This document shows positions 9,746-19,922 of a DNA stretch of 64,000 nucleotides, in pieces. Numbering within the stretch: position 1 is the first letter of the stretch; the number at the start of each line of letters is the position of its first letter. Source of the stretch: Gordonia sp. (in: high G+C Gram-positive bacteria) (GTDB taxonomy: Bacteria; Actinomycetota; Actinomycetes; Mycobacteriales; Mycobacteriaceae); assembly GCA_047605505.1 (NCBI GenBank), contig JASGFO010000001.1:1703-65702 (forward strand), in the 5' to 3' direction. Position numbers and translations under genes: made by a program. The notes under the pieces were generated by a model, which did no database searches, had not been told where the DNA came from, and saw only the letters and a list, made by a program, of their open reading frames with translations.

Positions 9746-12153
9746 TCGTCTCGCCGTCCACCGAACATCCCGAGAGCGGACCTCAGATCCCGGTGGTCTC
9801 CCCGGTCGGCCCCGATGGCGACCGGCATGTGGTCGTCAATCAGCATTCGACGGTCCTGGGCATGCCGCGGTTCGCCGCGGCGGCCGAGCGGAGGTTCCGG
9901 GCCGCCTTCGCGGCCGCGGGCGCACAGACGCGGCGCGAGCTGCAGGCGGCTGCCGTCGCCCTCCTGGCGGTGATCGCGGTGATCGAGTTGACCACGGCGC
10001 ACCGGCCGCTCAATGGAGTCACGCTGGTCGCCGTGCTGGGGCTCGCGATGGCGGCCCAGGTCGGATCCTATCTGTGGGGTCGGCGGCCGGACCGGCGTGA
10101 TTCGGTGCTCGGGCTGATCGTGTTCGTGATGGCGTCCTCGATCACCCTGGTCTGTGTGCTCGTCGTGCATGTGGCGGGTGCGATCGCCGGGCACAGTGAT
10201 ATCCCGCTGATCGTGCTGACCGGGTTGATCCTGGGCATTCTGCTTGCGCGCCTGACCTTTCCGGTCGCGTTGACGATCACCGTGGCGTATTCGGCGACTG
10301 TCGACGTCGCCGAGTATCTGGCGGTCGGGCAGCTCCCGCACGAGTTGGCGGACGTGACGGTGTCGGTGACCGTGGTCGCCATCGCGACGGCGACGGCGTG
10401 GGAACGCGAGTTCGTCAGCCGGGTGCGGTGGTCGCAGGAACGCCGGATCGCGATGCTCAACGAATCCGATCCGCTCACCCGGATCGCCAACCGCATGCAT
10501 TTCGCCACGTCCCTGAGTGATGCCGTCGACGCGGAGGTGCCGATCACGGTGTTCGTCGCCGATGTCGGCGGATTCAAGCAGTACAACGACGACCACGGCC
10601 ATCCGGCCGGTGACGAGGTCCTGCGGGCGGTGGCGCTGTGTCTGCAGGAGGCAACCGGCGACGACGAGGCACTGGTCGCGCGGATCGCGGGCAAGAGGTT
10701 CGCGGTGCTCTGGCGCGCTACCGGGACCCGCGCCGACGAGCTGCGGCGGACGGTGGCGGCGACCTTGGACATGATCGCGGGCCCGCAGGATCGGCTGAGC
10801 GCGGCCGCGGGGGTCGCCGAGTGGCACCCCGATGAACACGCGATCGGGGCCGCGGAGCTGTTGCAGCGCGCCGAGGGGGCGCTCGTGCTGGCCAAGCGGT
10901 CCGGCGGTGATCGGCTGGTCGTCGCGCGGCCCGGTGATCGGGTGCCGCTGGTCACGGCACCACACCTGGACGACGATCCCGCGCACAGCGGGCCACAGCA
11001 CCCGTGTCCGCATCCGCTGCGGGTGACGTGGCGTTCGCTGTCGTTCGCGACGGCGGCGGAAGCCGCCTTTCGCACGGAATTCGACGAGGAGGCGCTGCGC
11101 GCGCGGGCGATGGTGCTGCTGGGCGTGGTGATCATGTCTGTCGGGACGCTCCTCATCGGCCGGTCGTTCGTGGGCATCCCGGGCGCGGCGATGACGGTGT
11201 TGACCCCGACCCTGCTCGGCGTTCAGATCCCGGTGGCGCTGGCCGGTCTCACGGCGCTGGCGTTGCCTGCACTGCGGCGGTGGTCGGCGCCGATCTTCCT
11301 TGCTGTCATCGTCGTGTGCTGGGCCGCGGTGGTCGTCGACAACGCGATTCTGACCACCCGCGATGCCGATGTCATCCCGGTCATCGCACCGGTCTCGTTG
11401 ATCCTGAGTGTGGCGATGGCGCACATCGTCATGCGGCTGGCCGTCCCCGCAGGCGTCGGCATGATGGTGGTGACCGTCGGGGCGGAGCTCGCGGCCGGGC
11501 CGCTGACGCCGCTCCGGCTGTTCACAGCGCTGGCCGCGGCAACCATGTGCGTGCTCGCGATCCGTTCGGCCTTCCGGCTGGAGCACCTGCACCGTATTCG
11601 GTGGCGGCGGTCGCAGCATCTGGCGTTCCTGAGCCAGACCGATCTGCTCACCAAGCTGGTCAACCGCCGCGGTTTCGAGGCGCGCCTACACGGGTTGATC
11701 ACCACCGGCCGTGACATCACCCTCATGCTGCTGGACATCGACTCCTTCGGCGCCTACAACCGGACCTTTGGCTATGCCTCCGGTGATGCCTGCCTGCAGC
11801 GGATCGGCCGGTACCTCGCGGCGTCGGGAACCGACGATGTGGTGGTCGCGCGGGTCGGTGGGGAGGAGTTTGCGGTGGTCATCGCGGATCGGCAGGCCGA
11901 TGCCGCGTGTGCGCTCGCCCGGTCGATCTGGGCCGGTCTGCCGGGTCTGCAGATTCCGGCAGCGACGGCGGGTGTGGTCACCGCATCGGCGGGGGTCGCC
12001 GTGCATGCGGCCGCCACCCCCGAGATCGATGCCCGGGCCGTCGCCGATCAGCTGTTCGCCGAGGCCGATTGTGCGCTCTATCGCGCCAAACGGGCAGGCC
12101 GCAATCAGTTGCGGTTCGCCGCCACCGACCACCGCGAACGGGCCGTTGGATAG
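9742..12153 (+). CDS. Membrane protein with a duplicated TM-GGDEF unit (TM-GGDEF*-TM-GGEEF)
   Basis: Domain 1 DPLTRIANR..FKQYND..GH..GD..RIAGKRF; domain 2 DLLTKLVNRR..DIDSF..RVGGEEF..ALYRAKRAGRN. Each is preceded by a multi-TM block. Start overlaps the EAL gene stop (GTGA). Confidence 0.88.
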   Translation: MIVSPSTEHPESGPQIPVVSPVGPDGDRHVVVNQHSTVLGMPRFAAAAERRFRAAFAAAGAQTRRELQAAAVALLAVIAVIELTTAHRPLNGVTLVAVLGLAMAAQVGSYLWGRRPDRRDSVLGLIVFVMASSITLVCVLVVHVAGAIAGHSDIPLIVLTGLILGILLARLTFPVALTITVAYSATVDVAEYLAVGQLPHELADVTVSVTVVAIATATAWEREFVSRVRWSQERRIAMLNESDPLTRIANRMHFATSLSDAVDAEVPITVFVADVGGFKQYNDDHGHPAGDEVLRAVALCLQEATGDDEALVARIAGKRFAVLWRATGTRADELRRTVAATLDMIAGPQDRLSAAAGVAEWHPDEHAIGAAELLQRAEGALVLAKRSGGDRLVVARPGDRVPLVTAPHLDDDPAHSGPQHPCPHPLRVTWRSLSFATAAEAAFRTEFDEEALRARAMVLLGVVIMSVGTLLIGRSFVGIPGAAMTVLTPTLLGVQIPVALAGLTALALPALRRWSAPIFLAVIVVCWAAVVVDNAILTTRDADVIPVIAPVSLILSVAMAHIVMRLAVPAGVGMMVVTVGAELAAGPLTPLRLFTALAAATMCVLAIRSAFRLEHLHRIRWRRSQHLAFLSQTDLLTKLVNRRGFEARLHGLITTGRDITLMLLDIDSFGAYNRTFGYASGDACLQRIGRYLAASGTDDVVVARVGGEEFAVVIADRQADAACALARSIWAGLPGLQIPAATAGVVTASAGVAVHAAATPEIDARAVADQLFAEADCALYRAKRAGRNQLRFAATDHRERAVG

Positions 12154-12199
12154 CGGGACCCACCAGCCGGCGCCGGTCGTCAGGGCCGTTGCGGCCCGG

Positions 12200-12913
12200 T
12201 CAGGGCTGCCCGGGCCGCAACTGGATGAACAGGGCGTCCATCTCCGCGCATAGGCGGTCCCCATCGTGCAGGGTGCCCCGCACAAAGCATTTGCGTCCGT
12301 CCCGCGTCTCGACCCACGCGTGCATCTGCAGCGGCACGGTCAGCGGGGTGAGCGATCGGTAGGTGACCGTGAGGTAGGCGGTTCGGGTGATCCCGGACAC
12401 CTTGAGCGCGGCGGCCATGCCGCCGAGGTCGTCGAATGCCACGGCGACGTGGCCGCCGTGCGCGGCCTTGTTGCCGCCGAGGTGGAAGGGCCGGAAGGTG
12501 ACCGTCACGATGACGCCGTCGGCGGATGCCTGTTCCACCACGTAGGGCGGCAGGGTGATGTTGCCGCGGGCGGGCAGGTCGATCCGGGTTCCCGAGGGGG
12601 AGGTCCACTCATCCACCTGGGTGCGCTCGAGCCGGGCGTTGAGGGCACGCAGATCGTCGATCAGCCCGGCCGTCTCGTCCTCGGGCGGGCACGCATACCG
12701 GGCGAGATCGAGGAACCGGCGCATCTCCTCGCCGAGCTCGCCGTAGCGCGGACCGCCCCGTTCGGTGGTGACGTCGAACCGGGCCCGGAAACCGCCTTCG
12801 TGCGGCACGTCGCCGCGCGGCCCGGCACCCCCATCCGCCGCTGCCACACCGTTCCCCGTCGTCTCGCCCGCCGCCGCGTCATCCCCCCGGCCGTCACGCT
12901 CTTCGATCGACAT
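12200..12913 (-). CDS. PaaI-family hot-dog thioesterase
   Basis: HLGGNKAAHGGHVAVAFDDLGG, TAYLTVTYRSLTPL, GRKCFV.G. Confidence 0.85.
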   Translation of the reverse strand: MSIEERDGRGDDAAAGETTGNGVAAADGGAGPRGDVPHEGGFRARFDVTTERGGPRYGELGEEMRRFLDLARYACPPEDETAGLIDDLRALNARLERTQVDEWTSPSGTRIDLPARGNITLPPYVVEQASADGVIVTVTFRPFHLGGNKAAHGGHVAVAFDDLGGMAAALKVSGITRTAYLTVTYRSLTPLTVPLQMHAWVETRDGRKCFVRGTLHDGDRLCAEMDALFIQLRPGQP

Positions 12914-12967
12914 CCGTCCAACGTAGCCGGGTACGTGCGCGCCGCCGGGGCCCGCCCCCCGGAGAGC

Positions 12968-13135
12968 TCATCGACGGCGTCGGCGGCCCGACGATCCGAC
13001 GGACTCGCCGTCACGGTAGCGCCCGGCCTCACGGCGGTCACGGGCCCGGACGATCCGGCCGACGATCACCGCGACGACGAGCGACACCACCACCCACACC
13101 AGGGCCGCGATCGTCACGATCGTCCACACGCTCAT
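12968..13135 (-). CDS. Small single-TM hypothetical protein (55 aa)
   Basis: MSVWTIVTIAALVWVVVSLVVAVIVGRIVRARDRRE; CATGCT 6 nt upstream of ATG. Confidence 0.55.
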   Translation of the reverse strand: MSVWTIVTIAALVWVVVSLVVAVIVGRIVRARDRREAGRYRDGESVGSSGRRRRR

Positions 13136-13241
13136 GGTTCCAGCATGCCAACATGGCCGGCCGCGTGGGGAGCGGGTCGGTGAATACCCGGCCGGCTCGC
13201 CACCGGCAGTCGGGCGGCCGCGCCCAGTATCCTTGACCACC

Positions 13242-14210
13242 ATGTCGCCGAGCCGCCCCGAGAACAGCGCCCAGCCCTTCGATCCGACGCAGTGGGCGCC
13301 GGTCCCGGGCTTCGCCGACCTCACCGATCTCACCTATCACCGGCACGTCGGACCCGGCCGGGCCAACGGCATCGTGCGCATCGCCTTCGACCGCCCCGAG
13401 GTGCGCAATGCGTTCCGCCCGCACACCGTCGACGAGCTCTACCGCACCCTCGATCACGCCCGCCGCACCCCCGACGTCGGTACCGTCCTGCTGACCGGCA
13501 ACGGGCCGAGCCCCAAGGACGGGGGCTGGGCGTTCTGCAGCGGCGGCGATCAGCGTATCCGGGGCCGCTCCGGCTACCAGTACGCCACCAGTCACGACAC
13601 CGATGTGACGGCCGCAGGTGCCGCCGGCGTCGACGCCGCGCGGGTCAAGGCCGAGGGCGGGCGCCTGCACATCCTGGAGGTCCAGCGCCTGATCCGCACG
13701 ATGCCCAAGGTCGTCATCGCCATGGTCAACGGCTGGGCCGCCGGGGGCGGGCATTCGCTGCACGTCGTCTGCGATCTGACCCTGGCCTCCCGCGAGCACG
13801 CGCGCTTCAAACAGACCGACGCCGACGTCGGCTCCTTCGACGCCGGGTACGGCAGCGCCTACCTGGCCAAGCAGGTCGGGCAGAAGTTCGCGCGGGAGAT
13901 CTTTTTCCTCGGGCAGGCCTATGACGCGGAGACGATGCACCGGATGGGCGCGGTCAATCGCGTCGCCGATCACGCCGATCTCGAGGCCACCGCCATCGAC
14001 TGGGCCCGCACCATCAACGGCAAATCACCCACCGCGCAACGCATGCTGAAGTTCGCCTTCAATCTCACCGACGACGGCCTGATGGGACAGCAGGTCTTCG
14101 CCGGGGAGGCCACCCGGTTGGCGTATATGACCGACGAGGCCGTCGAGGGCAAAGAGGCGTTCCTGGAGAAGCGCGAACCTGATTGGTCGCCGTTCCCGTA
14201 CTATTATTGA
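13242..14210 (+). CDS. menB: 1,4-dihydroxy-2-naphthoyl-CoA synthase
   Basis: FDRPEVRNAFRP, FCSGGDQRIRG, GWAAGGGHSLHV, DVGSFDAGYGS, RLAYMTDEAVEG. Confidence 0.97.
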   Translation: MSPSRPENSAQPFDPTQWAPVPGFADLTDLTYHRHVGPGRANGIVRIAFDRPEVRNAFRPHTVDELYRTLDHARRTPDVGTVLLTGNGPSPKDGGWAFCSGGDQRIRGRSGYQYATSHDTDVTAAGAAGVDAARVKAEGGRLHILEVQRLIRTMPKVVIAMVNGWAAGGGHSLHVVCDLTLASREHARFKQTDADVGSFDAGYGSAYLAKQVGQKFAREIFFLGQAYDAETMHRMGAVNRVADHADLEATAIDWARTINGKSPTAQRMLKFAFNLTDDGLMGQQVFAGEATRLAYMTDEAVEGKEAFLEKREPDWSPFPYYY

Positions 14211-14478
14211 AATATCATTGGCGTCCGGGATTTCCCGTGTTGTGCTCGCGCACGGTCCGGTATGTCCGCCATAATACGGCCTCCCATCGGACACCACGTA
14301 CCGACTGTCCTTCGGCCTCACCACGATGCCCCACCCCGAAACCGCCGAATCCGGTCTCCGCCGCGACAGTTGCCGATACCGACGAACGATCTGTCCACCG
14401 TTCATAGGCTGGCCCAGCCTAGCGCAACCCGCTACCGTAGGGTTTTGTCGACCCCATGACGGGACCTGGAAGGAAGCA

Positions 14479-15582
14479 ATGGAGAAGGTCAGGCCAATAC
14501 CCCTTCGGACACATCCCACGGTGTCGATAGTTGTCACCAATTTCAACTACGGCGACTATTTGGAAGCAGCCGTGTTGAGCGCCCTCGATCAGTCCGGGCT
14601 CGACATCGAGGTCATCATAGCCGACAACGGATCGACAGATCATAGTCTGGCGGTCGCGAAGGCACTGACCTCGGCGGATCCTCGAATTCAACTCCACACG
14701 CAGGACCAGAACATCCATCCGCTCGTCAATTTCAATGCCGGAATCGATCTCGCCACCGGCCAGTACGTCCAGGTGCTCTGCGCCGACGATATCCTCACAA
14801 CCGATTCACTCACGCGTGCCGTGGCGGTCATGGAGGCACGCCCCGACGTCGTCTTCACGTACGGCAGTTGCTCTCCGTTCGAGAACGAGCCTCCGGAATT
14901 CACGCCCATCGAGGTCTCCAGTTGGACGATCTGGGACGGCGATGAGTGGGTCCGCGGCCGCTATCGCGCAGGCACGAATCCCTTTTTTCATCCCGAGGTC
15001 TTGATGCGCACCACGACGATACGCGAAGTCGGCGGGTACAATCCCGATTTCCGCCTGACCTCGGACCTGCTGCTGTGGATGCAGGCGGCGCTGTGCGGCA
15101 ATGTCGCGCGGATCAACGGGCCAGATCAAGCGTTCTACCGTCAACACGGCACAAATCTGCACACGCAGATCAATGGCGACGGCTGGATGCGAGACTTCGA
15201 AGGTCGACAGCAGGCCTTCGACTCGCTGCCGAAGCTGTCACCGTCGAGCACTGTCGGAGCGACCGAGATCGACGAGTCTCGGCGGGCCCTGGCATTCGAT
15301 GCCGTCAAATACGCGTGCATGGCACTGTCTTCGACAGAACCCGAGACGCGTCGGCTCGGCGCTGACTACGCCACGTACGCCGCCGAGGTCTGGCCGTCGA
15401 TCACCTCGTCACTGCGCTGGCGCACCATCGCATCATCAATCAACGGCGACTCTCGCCTGTGGCCACGGATTTGGTTCAAGATCGACGTCAAGTCGCAGCC
15501 ATTGGTGACCCGGCTGGGACGGACCTCGCGGTACCACCGCGAACCGCTCTGGGAATCGCTGCGCCGCAGCCGCCACGCCTGA
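14479..15582 (+). CDS. GT2 glycosyltransferase
   Basis: VSIVVTNFNYGDYL, DNGSTD, LCADD. GGAAGG upstream of ATG 14479. Confidence 0.88.
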   Translation: MEKVRPIPLRTHPTVSIVVTNFNYGDYLEAAVLSALDQSGLDIEVIIADNGSTDHSLAVAKALTSADPRIQLHTQDQNIHPLVNFNAGIDLATGQYVQVLCADDILTTDSLTRAVAVMEARPDVVFTYGSCSPFENEPPEFTPIEVSSWTIWDGDEWVRGRYRAGTNPFFHPEVLMRTTTIREVGGYNPDFRLTSDLLLWMQAALCGNVARINGPDQAFYRQHGTNLHTQINGDGWMRDFEGRQQAFDSLPKLSPSSTVGATEIDESRRALAFDAVKYACMALSSTEPETRRLGADYATYAAEVWPSITSSLRWRTIASSINGDSRLWPRIWFKIDVKSQPLVTRLGRTSRYHREPLWESLRRSRHA

Positions 15583-15677
15583 CCCCCAAGGCGGGGCACC
15601 CCGGCGACACGCGCGCTCGGCGCAGCGCCCGCGTCCTGCGGGCGGGCCCAGACGCGGACCGATCCCACCTCAATCCA

Positions 15678-16874
15678 TCAAACGCCCGACATCATCCACC
15701 GCGCGTGCAACCCTTCGCTGTGCAACGCGCGCTGGACCCGGCGAGCCAGCCGGCCTCCGCGGTGGGCAACAACCGCGACCGGATGCTCAGGCTGTGTCCA
15801 CGGCTCGGCGCGCGACCGTTCGGCGACCGGCAGCAGCTCGCGCGCGAAGTCGAGCAATTCACTCGATCCGGTCGCGGGCTCGCCGCGGTCTCGTGCCGCG
15901 GCTGCGTACCGGAGCGCGTGACCGGCCACCGCACGCCGGGCCGAGATCAGGAGATGCTCGCGCTCGGCCGCCGACAGGTTGGCCTCGTGTTCGGAGCCGA
16001 GTGCCGCTTCGAACGCCGCCAGCCGCGCACCGAGGTCGACGATCGCGTCATCCGCTTCGGTCACGCTCATGCTGTTGGAGTGCTCACGGTGCAGTGCTTG
16101 ATCGGATCCGCCGATGAACCCGACGTCGGAGATCGTTGCCAGCCGCAGCGATATTTCCATGTCCGGACCATACGGAATATCCGGGTTCATGGGTCCGGAC
16201 TCACGGAGGAGTGAACTACGCAGAACCATCTCGGGGTTCGTGATCGCCGTTCCACCGCGTGCACATCGCTCGGCCAACCAATCGAGCCCCCGCCAGATCG
16301 TCCAGAACGGCTCGCCGACCCGGGCGGCCGGCGGCTCGGCCGACCAGAAATGCCGGGGATGGCCGTAGACCAGCCCGACGTTGGGGCGTTCGACGAACAA
16401 TGCGGCGGCCCGGGCCAACGCGCCAGGAGCCAGCAGATCGTCGGCGTCGAGTTTGACGACAAACTCGCCAGAACTCGCATCCCATCCGCGGTTGAACGAG
16501 CGCACGTGCCCCGAGTTCGCCTCGTTCGCCAACACCCTGACACGGGAGTCCTTCTCCGCCAGCCCCTCCGCGACCCGCAGGCTGTCATCGGTCGAACAGT
16601 CGTCGACGATGATCACCTCAACATCCACGCCCGTCTGCGTCACCGCGCTCTCGACCGCGTCCGGCAGGAAGTGCCCGTAGTTGAACGAGGGCACCACCAC
16701 AGACACCCGGTGATCTCCTCGCGGCACCGCCGGCGCCCCGGCGACACGTTCGGCGACCCGCGGCGCCGCCGGGGCCAACCGCGCGGCCAGCCGGACCGCG
16801 GTACTGCTCTCCAGTGCATGGTCTTCCACGTAGTTCCGCCATTTCAGGCGCAACCCGCCACTCTCCCCGCTCAT
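15678..16874 (-). CDS. GT2 glycosyltransferase (paralog of the 14479 gene)
   Basis: VSVVVPSFNYGHFL, DDCSTDDS, LDADD. Shares WTIW.G..W and PE..R segments with the neighbouring GT2. Confidence 0.88.
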   Translation of the reverse strand: MSGESGGLRLKWRNYVEDHALESSTAVRLAARLAPAAPRVAERVAGAPAVPRGDHRVSVVVPSFNYGHFLPDAVESAVTQTGVDVEVIIVDDCSTDDSLRVAEGLAEKDSRVRVLANEANSGHVRSFNRGWDASSGEFVVKLDADDLLAPGALARAAALFVERPNVGLVYGHPRHFWSAEPPAARVGEPFWTIWRGLDWLAERCARGGTAITNPEMVLRSSLLRESGPMNPDIPYGPDMEISLRLATISDVGFIGGSDQALHREHSNSMSVTEADDAIVDLGARLAAFEAALGSEHEANLSAAEREHLLISARRAVAGHALRYAAAARDRGEPATGSSELLDFARELLPVAERSRAEPWTQPEHPVAVVAHRGGRLARRVQRALHSEGLHARWMMSGV

Positions 16875-18401
16875 TCATCTCCCTCGCCCGGGCCGCCGCC
16901 TCGACAGCTTCCGTAGTTCGCCGACCATCACCCGGACCCGGGCACGGTCGACCACAGCCAGTACCGCCACATACAAAACCAGATAGACCAGGCACTCCAG
17001 CAGCTCGACAAGGAGGTTCGGTGCCGGAATGAACACCAGATCGACAACCTCCACGATCACGAACGCGGCTGTCGCGGCCGTCGTGACCCCGAGTACGCGG
17101 CCGACGACCGATCGCAGCGGAATATCGAGAATTCGTCCCGCCACGACAATCGTGCCGAACCCCGTCGCCAGGTACATGATCGAGATCGCGATCCCCACGG
17201 CGGTCAACCCGTAGGTCGTCATCCACCAGACAAGTGGCAGACCCGCGACGAGACTCGAGATGGACAGCCAGGTCAACGCCCGGGGCCGACCGATCCCTTT
17301 GATCGATTCGGCGGCCACTGCGGCCATTGCCATTCCGGGCCCCACGCCGGCCATTCCCGCGGCAGCGGCGCCGGCGGGCTGCCACTCCGACCCGAGAAGG
17401 GCGACGACCACCGGCTCGGCCGCGAGGACCATCAGGAAGGCGACTGGCAGTGCGGCAGCCCACAACCAGCCCGCAGCACGATGGTAGGCGTGCACAAACC
17501 GCTCACGGTCGTGGGCGATCTGGGCGAACGCCGGGAAGAGAAGATACGAACAGATCTGGAGAATCGCCACCGACGGCATCGAACCGAGACGATGACCATA
17601 CCGGAACTGACCGAGCGCCCGCGCTCCGAGGAACTGGCCCACCAGAATCTGTTCCACGGTCTCGCGAATGCGTTCGGCGACCGAATTGACCAGGAGCGGA
17701 AAGGAGAACGCCGACAGCTCGCGCCACACTCGCACCGAGAACAGTTTGAGGGACGGTTTCCAACCGGCGAGCGACCAACTGAGCCCAACCCACACGATCT
17801 GGGATGCGTAGGTGCCGATCACCATGGCCCACGCACCCATTCCGGTGAGTGCGAGCGCAATGGCGACCACCGCGTACACGATGGTCGCGGCGGGGTCGAT
17901 GATGAGCTTGCGGTAGACCTTGAGCTCACGCTGCATCAGGGCGTCCGGGACGCTCGTGCACGCGTGCAGCAGCACCATTCCCGCGCTGGCGAGGGCGATG
18001 TAGGTCACTTCCGAACTATGGAAGACGATGCCGAGGACCGGGGACAGCGCGGCCAGGCCACATGCCAGCAAGACGCCGATGCCGAAGGTCACCACCAGAA
18101 CGGTGTTGGCCGCCACCTCGATCTCGGTCTTACGCTGGATCAGCGCCTGGGACAGCGCGCCCTGGGAGACCACGGAGATGAATCCGAGAAGCACGGTGCC
18201 TGCCGCGAACAGGCCGACCTCGGTAGGGCCGAGCAACCGCCCGAGAACCAGCGTCTGGATGATACCGACGCCCTGGACGACGACCAGGCCGACAACGGCC
18301 GCGGTCGCCGCCTTCTTCAGGGTTCCGGCAAGACCGGGCGTACCGGTCCCAGTGCCGTTCTCCGGGACCTCCGGATCAGGTCGCTGTGACGTTTCCGACA
18401 T
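16875..18401 (-). CDS. wzx: Wzx/PST-family polysaccharide flippase
   Basis: LGRLLGPTEVGLFA, ALIQR, G.GAWAMVIG, LG..ALGQF, many TM helices. Confidence 0.88.
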   Translation of the reverse strand: MSETSQRPDPEVPENGTGTGTPGLAGTLKKAATAAVVGLVVVQGVGIIQTLVLGRLLGPTEVGLFAAGTVLLGFISVVSQGALSQALIQRKTEIEVAANTVLVVTFGIGVLLACGLAALSPVLGIVFHSSEVTYIALASAGMVLLHACTSVPDALMQRELKVYRKLIIDPAATIVYAVVAIALALTGMGAWAMVIGTYASQIVWVGLSWSLAGWKPSLKLFSVRVWRELSAFSFPLLVNSVAERIRETVEQILVGQFLGARALGQFRYGHRLGSMPSVAILQICSYLLFPAFAQIAHDRERFVHAYHRAAGWLWAAALPVAFLMVLAAEPVVVALLGSEWQPAGAAAAGMAGVGPGMAMAAVAAESIKGIGRPRALTWLSISSLVAGLPLVWWMTTYGLTAVGIAISIMYLATGFGTIVVAGRILDIPLRSVVGRVLGVTTAATAAFVIVEVVDLVFIPAPNLLVELLECLVYLVLYVAVLAVVDRARVRVMVGELRKLSRRRPGRGR

Positions 18402-18412
18402 ATCCTGTGCTG

Positions 18413-19663
18413 CTAAACGCCGAATGCCGCGTCGTATGCCGCGAACACCGCGTCACGCGAATAGACCGATCGGAAATGTTCACGGGCCGCATCACTGACG
18501 GCCTGATTCTCGCGGGGTGAGGTGAGATCACACAGCAACTCGGCAATTTCTTTCGGTTGATCGCCGACCAGGATACCGGCATCCCGGCCACTGCGAATTC
18601 CTTCGGCACCGAGCGTCGTCGACACGACGGGAATTCCGCGCGCCAACGCATCGATGACCTTCAGCTTCACCCCTGAGCCGAACCGCAGCGGATTGACCAG
18701 CGCCACGGCACCAGAGAGCACCGACGACAGATCCTCCACATAGCCTTCGACCGCAACACTGTCGGCGAACTGCGCGGCCAGCGAGCTGAGTCCCGCTCGC
18801 ACGTCACGCCCGACGATGCGGAGTCGCGCCGCAGGCATCTGTTCCAGCACCAGTGGCCAAACGCTGGTCAAGAACCACCGCAAACCGTCCTCGTTGTGCG
18901 GCAGGGACAGCAGCCCGAGGAAGACGAACTCGAGATCCCGTACCTGCCGGACCGGCCCATCCGAGGCGTCGACCAATGGCGGCACGGCCCGGACCGCGGC
19001 AGCGGGGACACCCGTGCGCTGCGTCAAAACCGTCGCTTCTCGATCGTTGACGAGAATGCTGCGTCGAAACGACTTCGCGACCCGGTCCTCGCTGTTGCGC
19101 ACAAGTTTCCGCTCCGCACGCAATAGCGCGATCTGCCCCCGTCGATGTTCGGCCAGCGGCCGCAGCGCCGGCGGAACATGTCGTGCGAAGTTTCCGAGAG
19201 GCTGAATGTCGACGTCCGGGTATCGGGCCGCGGCATCAAGCATGGCGCTGTACCGCTCGGAGAAGAGGTCGTCCAGGTAGCAGATCTGCCGAGGTGCGTT
19301 GTCGCCCGCATACTGTGCCATCCGCACGGTGTCGTAGACCTCGATCGTGGGCTGCAGCCGATCCCGGACCTCGGTGATCGCGCGCTGCGTGGCCGAGGAG
19401 TACAGCAGCGCTTCCTGCAGACTCGACCGCCCGGTCAGCGACCGGGCCGCGACATTACGCAGTGCGACGACGCGACTCGGCAACGGCACCGTACGCAGAT
19501 CAACCGGAAAATCATTGCTGGGCCGTCCACTGCCGGGCCAAATGTAGTGAACATGGTCACGCCCGTACCTCTCGACGAAATAGGAGAGGAAGCCGGCAAG
19601 AACCACCTTCTTTCCCGCATCCGTGGGATATGGGTCGACCGGACTGATCAACGCCACAGTCAT
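18413..19663 (-). CDS. GT4 glycosyltransferase
   Basis: PYPTDAGKK, N.DGL.WF, PLRFGSGVKLKVIDALARGIPVVST. Confidence 0.85.
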   Translation of the reverse strand: MTVALISPVDPYPTDAGKKVVLAGFLSYFVERYGRDHVHYIWPGSGRPSNDFPVDLRTVPLPSRVVALRNVAARSLTGRSSLQEALLYSSATQRAITEVRDRLQPTIEVYDTVRMAQYAGDNAPRQICYLDDLFSERYSAMLDAAARYPDVDIQPLGNFARHVPPALRPLAEHRRGQIALLRAERKLVRNSEDRVAKSFRRSILVNDREATVLTQRTGVPAAAVRAVPPLVDASDGPVRQVRDLEFVFLGLLSLPHNEDGLRWFLTSVWPLVLEQMPAARLRIVGRDVRAGLSSLAAQFADSVAVEGYVEDLSSVLSGAVALVNPLRFGSGVKLKVIDALARGIPVVSTTLGAEGIRSGRDAGILVGDQPKEIAELLCDLTSPRENQAVSDAAREHFRSVYSRDAVFAAYDAAFGV

Positions 19664-19922
19664 TACTGTCCTCCGCAACCCAACTCTAGTCCCGGTCATG
19701 CTAGCCGTATCCCGGTAACCCGTCATCTCGAACCGGCAAAGCGGCACCTGGACGCCACATTTATACCATGGATCGAAGATGCACTATACTACAGTCGCCG
19801 GAGCCCGTCGCCCGCCCCACCGAGCCCGAGACCCGGTACCCTGCAACGACGACGCCCACCATGCGAGAGCAGTGGCGGTGGACGAGGAACAAGTTCTGAT
19901 TCCTGACGACATTGGAGAACGC

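Noticed and set aside
9688-11619. Long antisense and alternative-frame ORFs (this 643-aa one, also 5388-7103, 51345-52964, 53594-55228)
   Set aside because: Arg/Gly/Pro-rich shadow ORFs typical of high-GC DNA, overlapping well-supported genes and lacking motifs.
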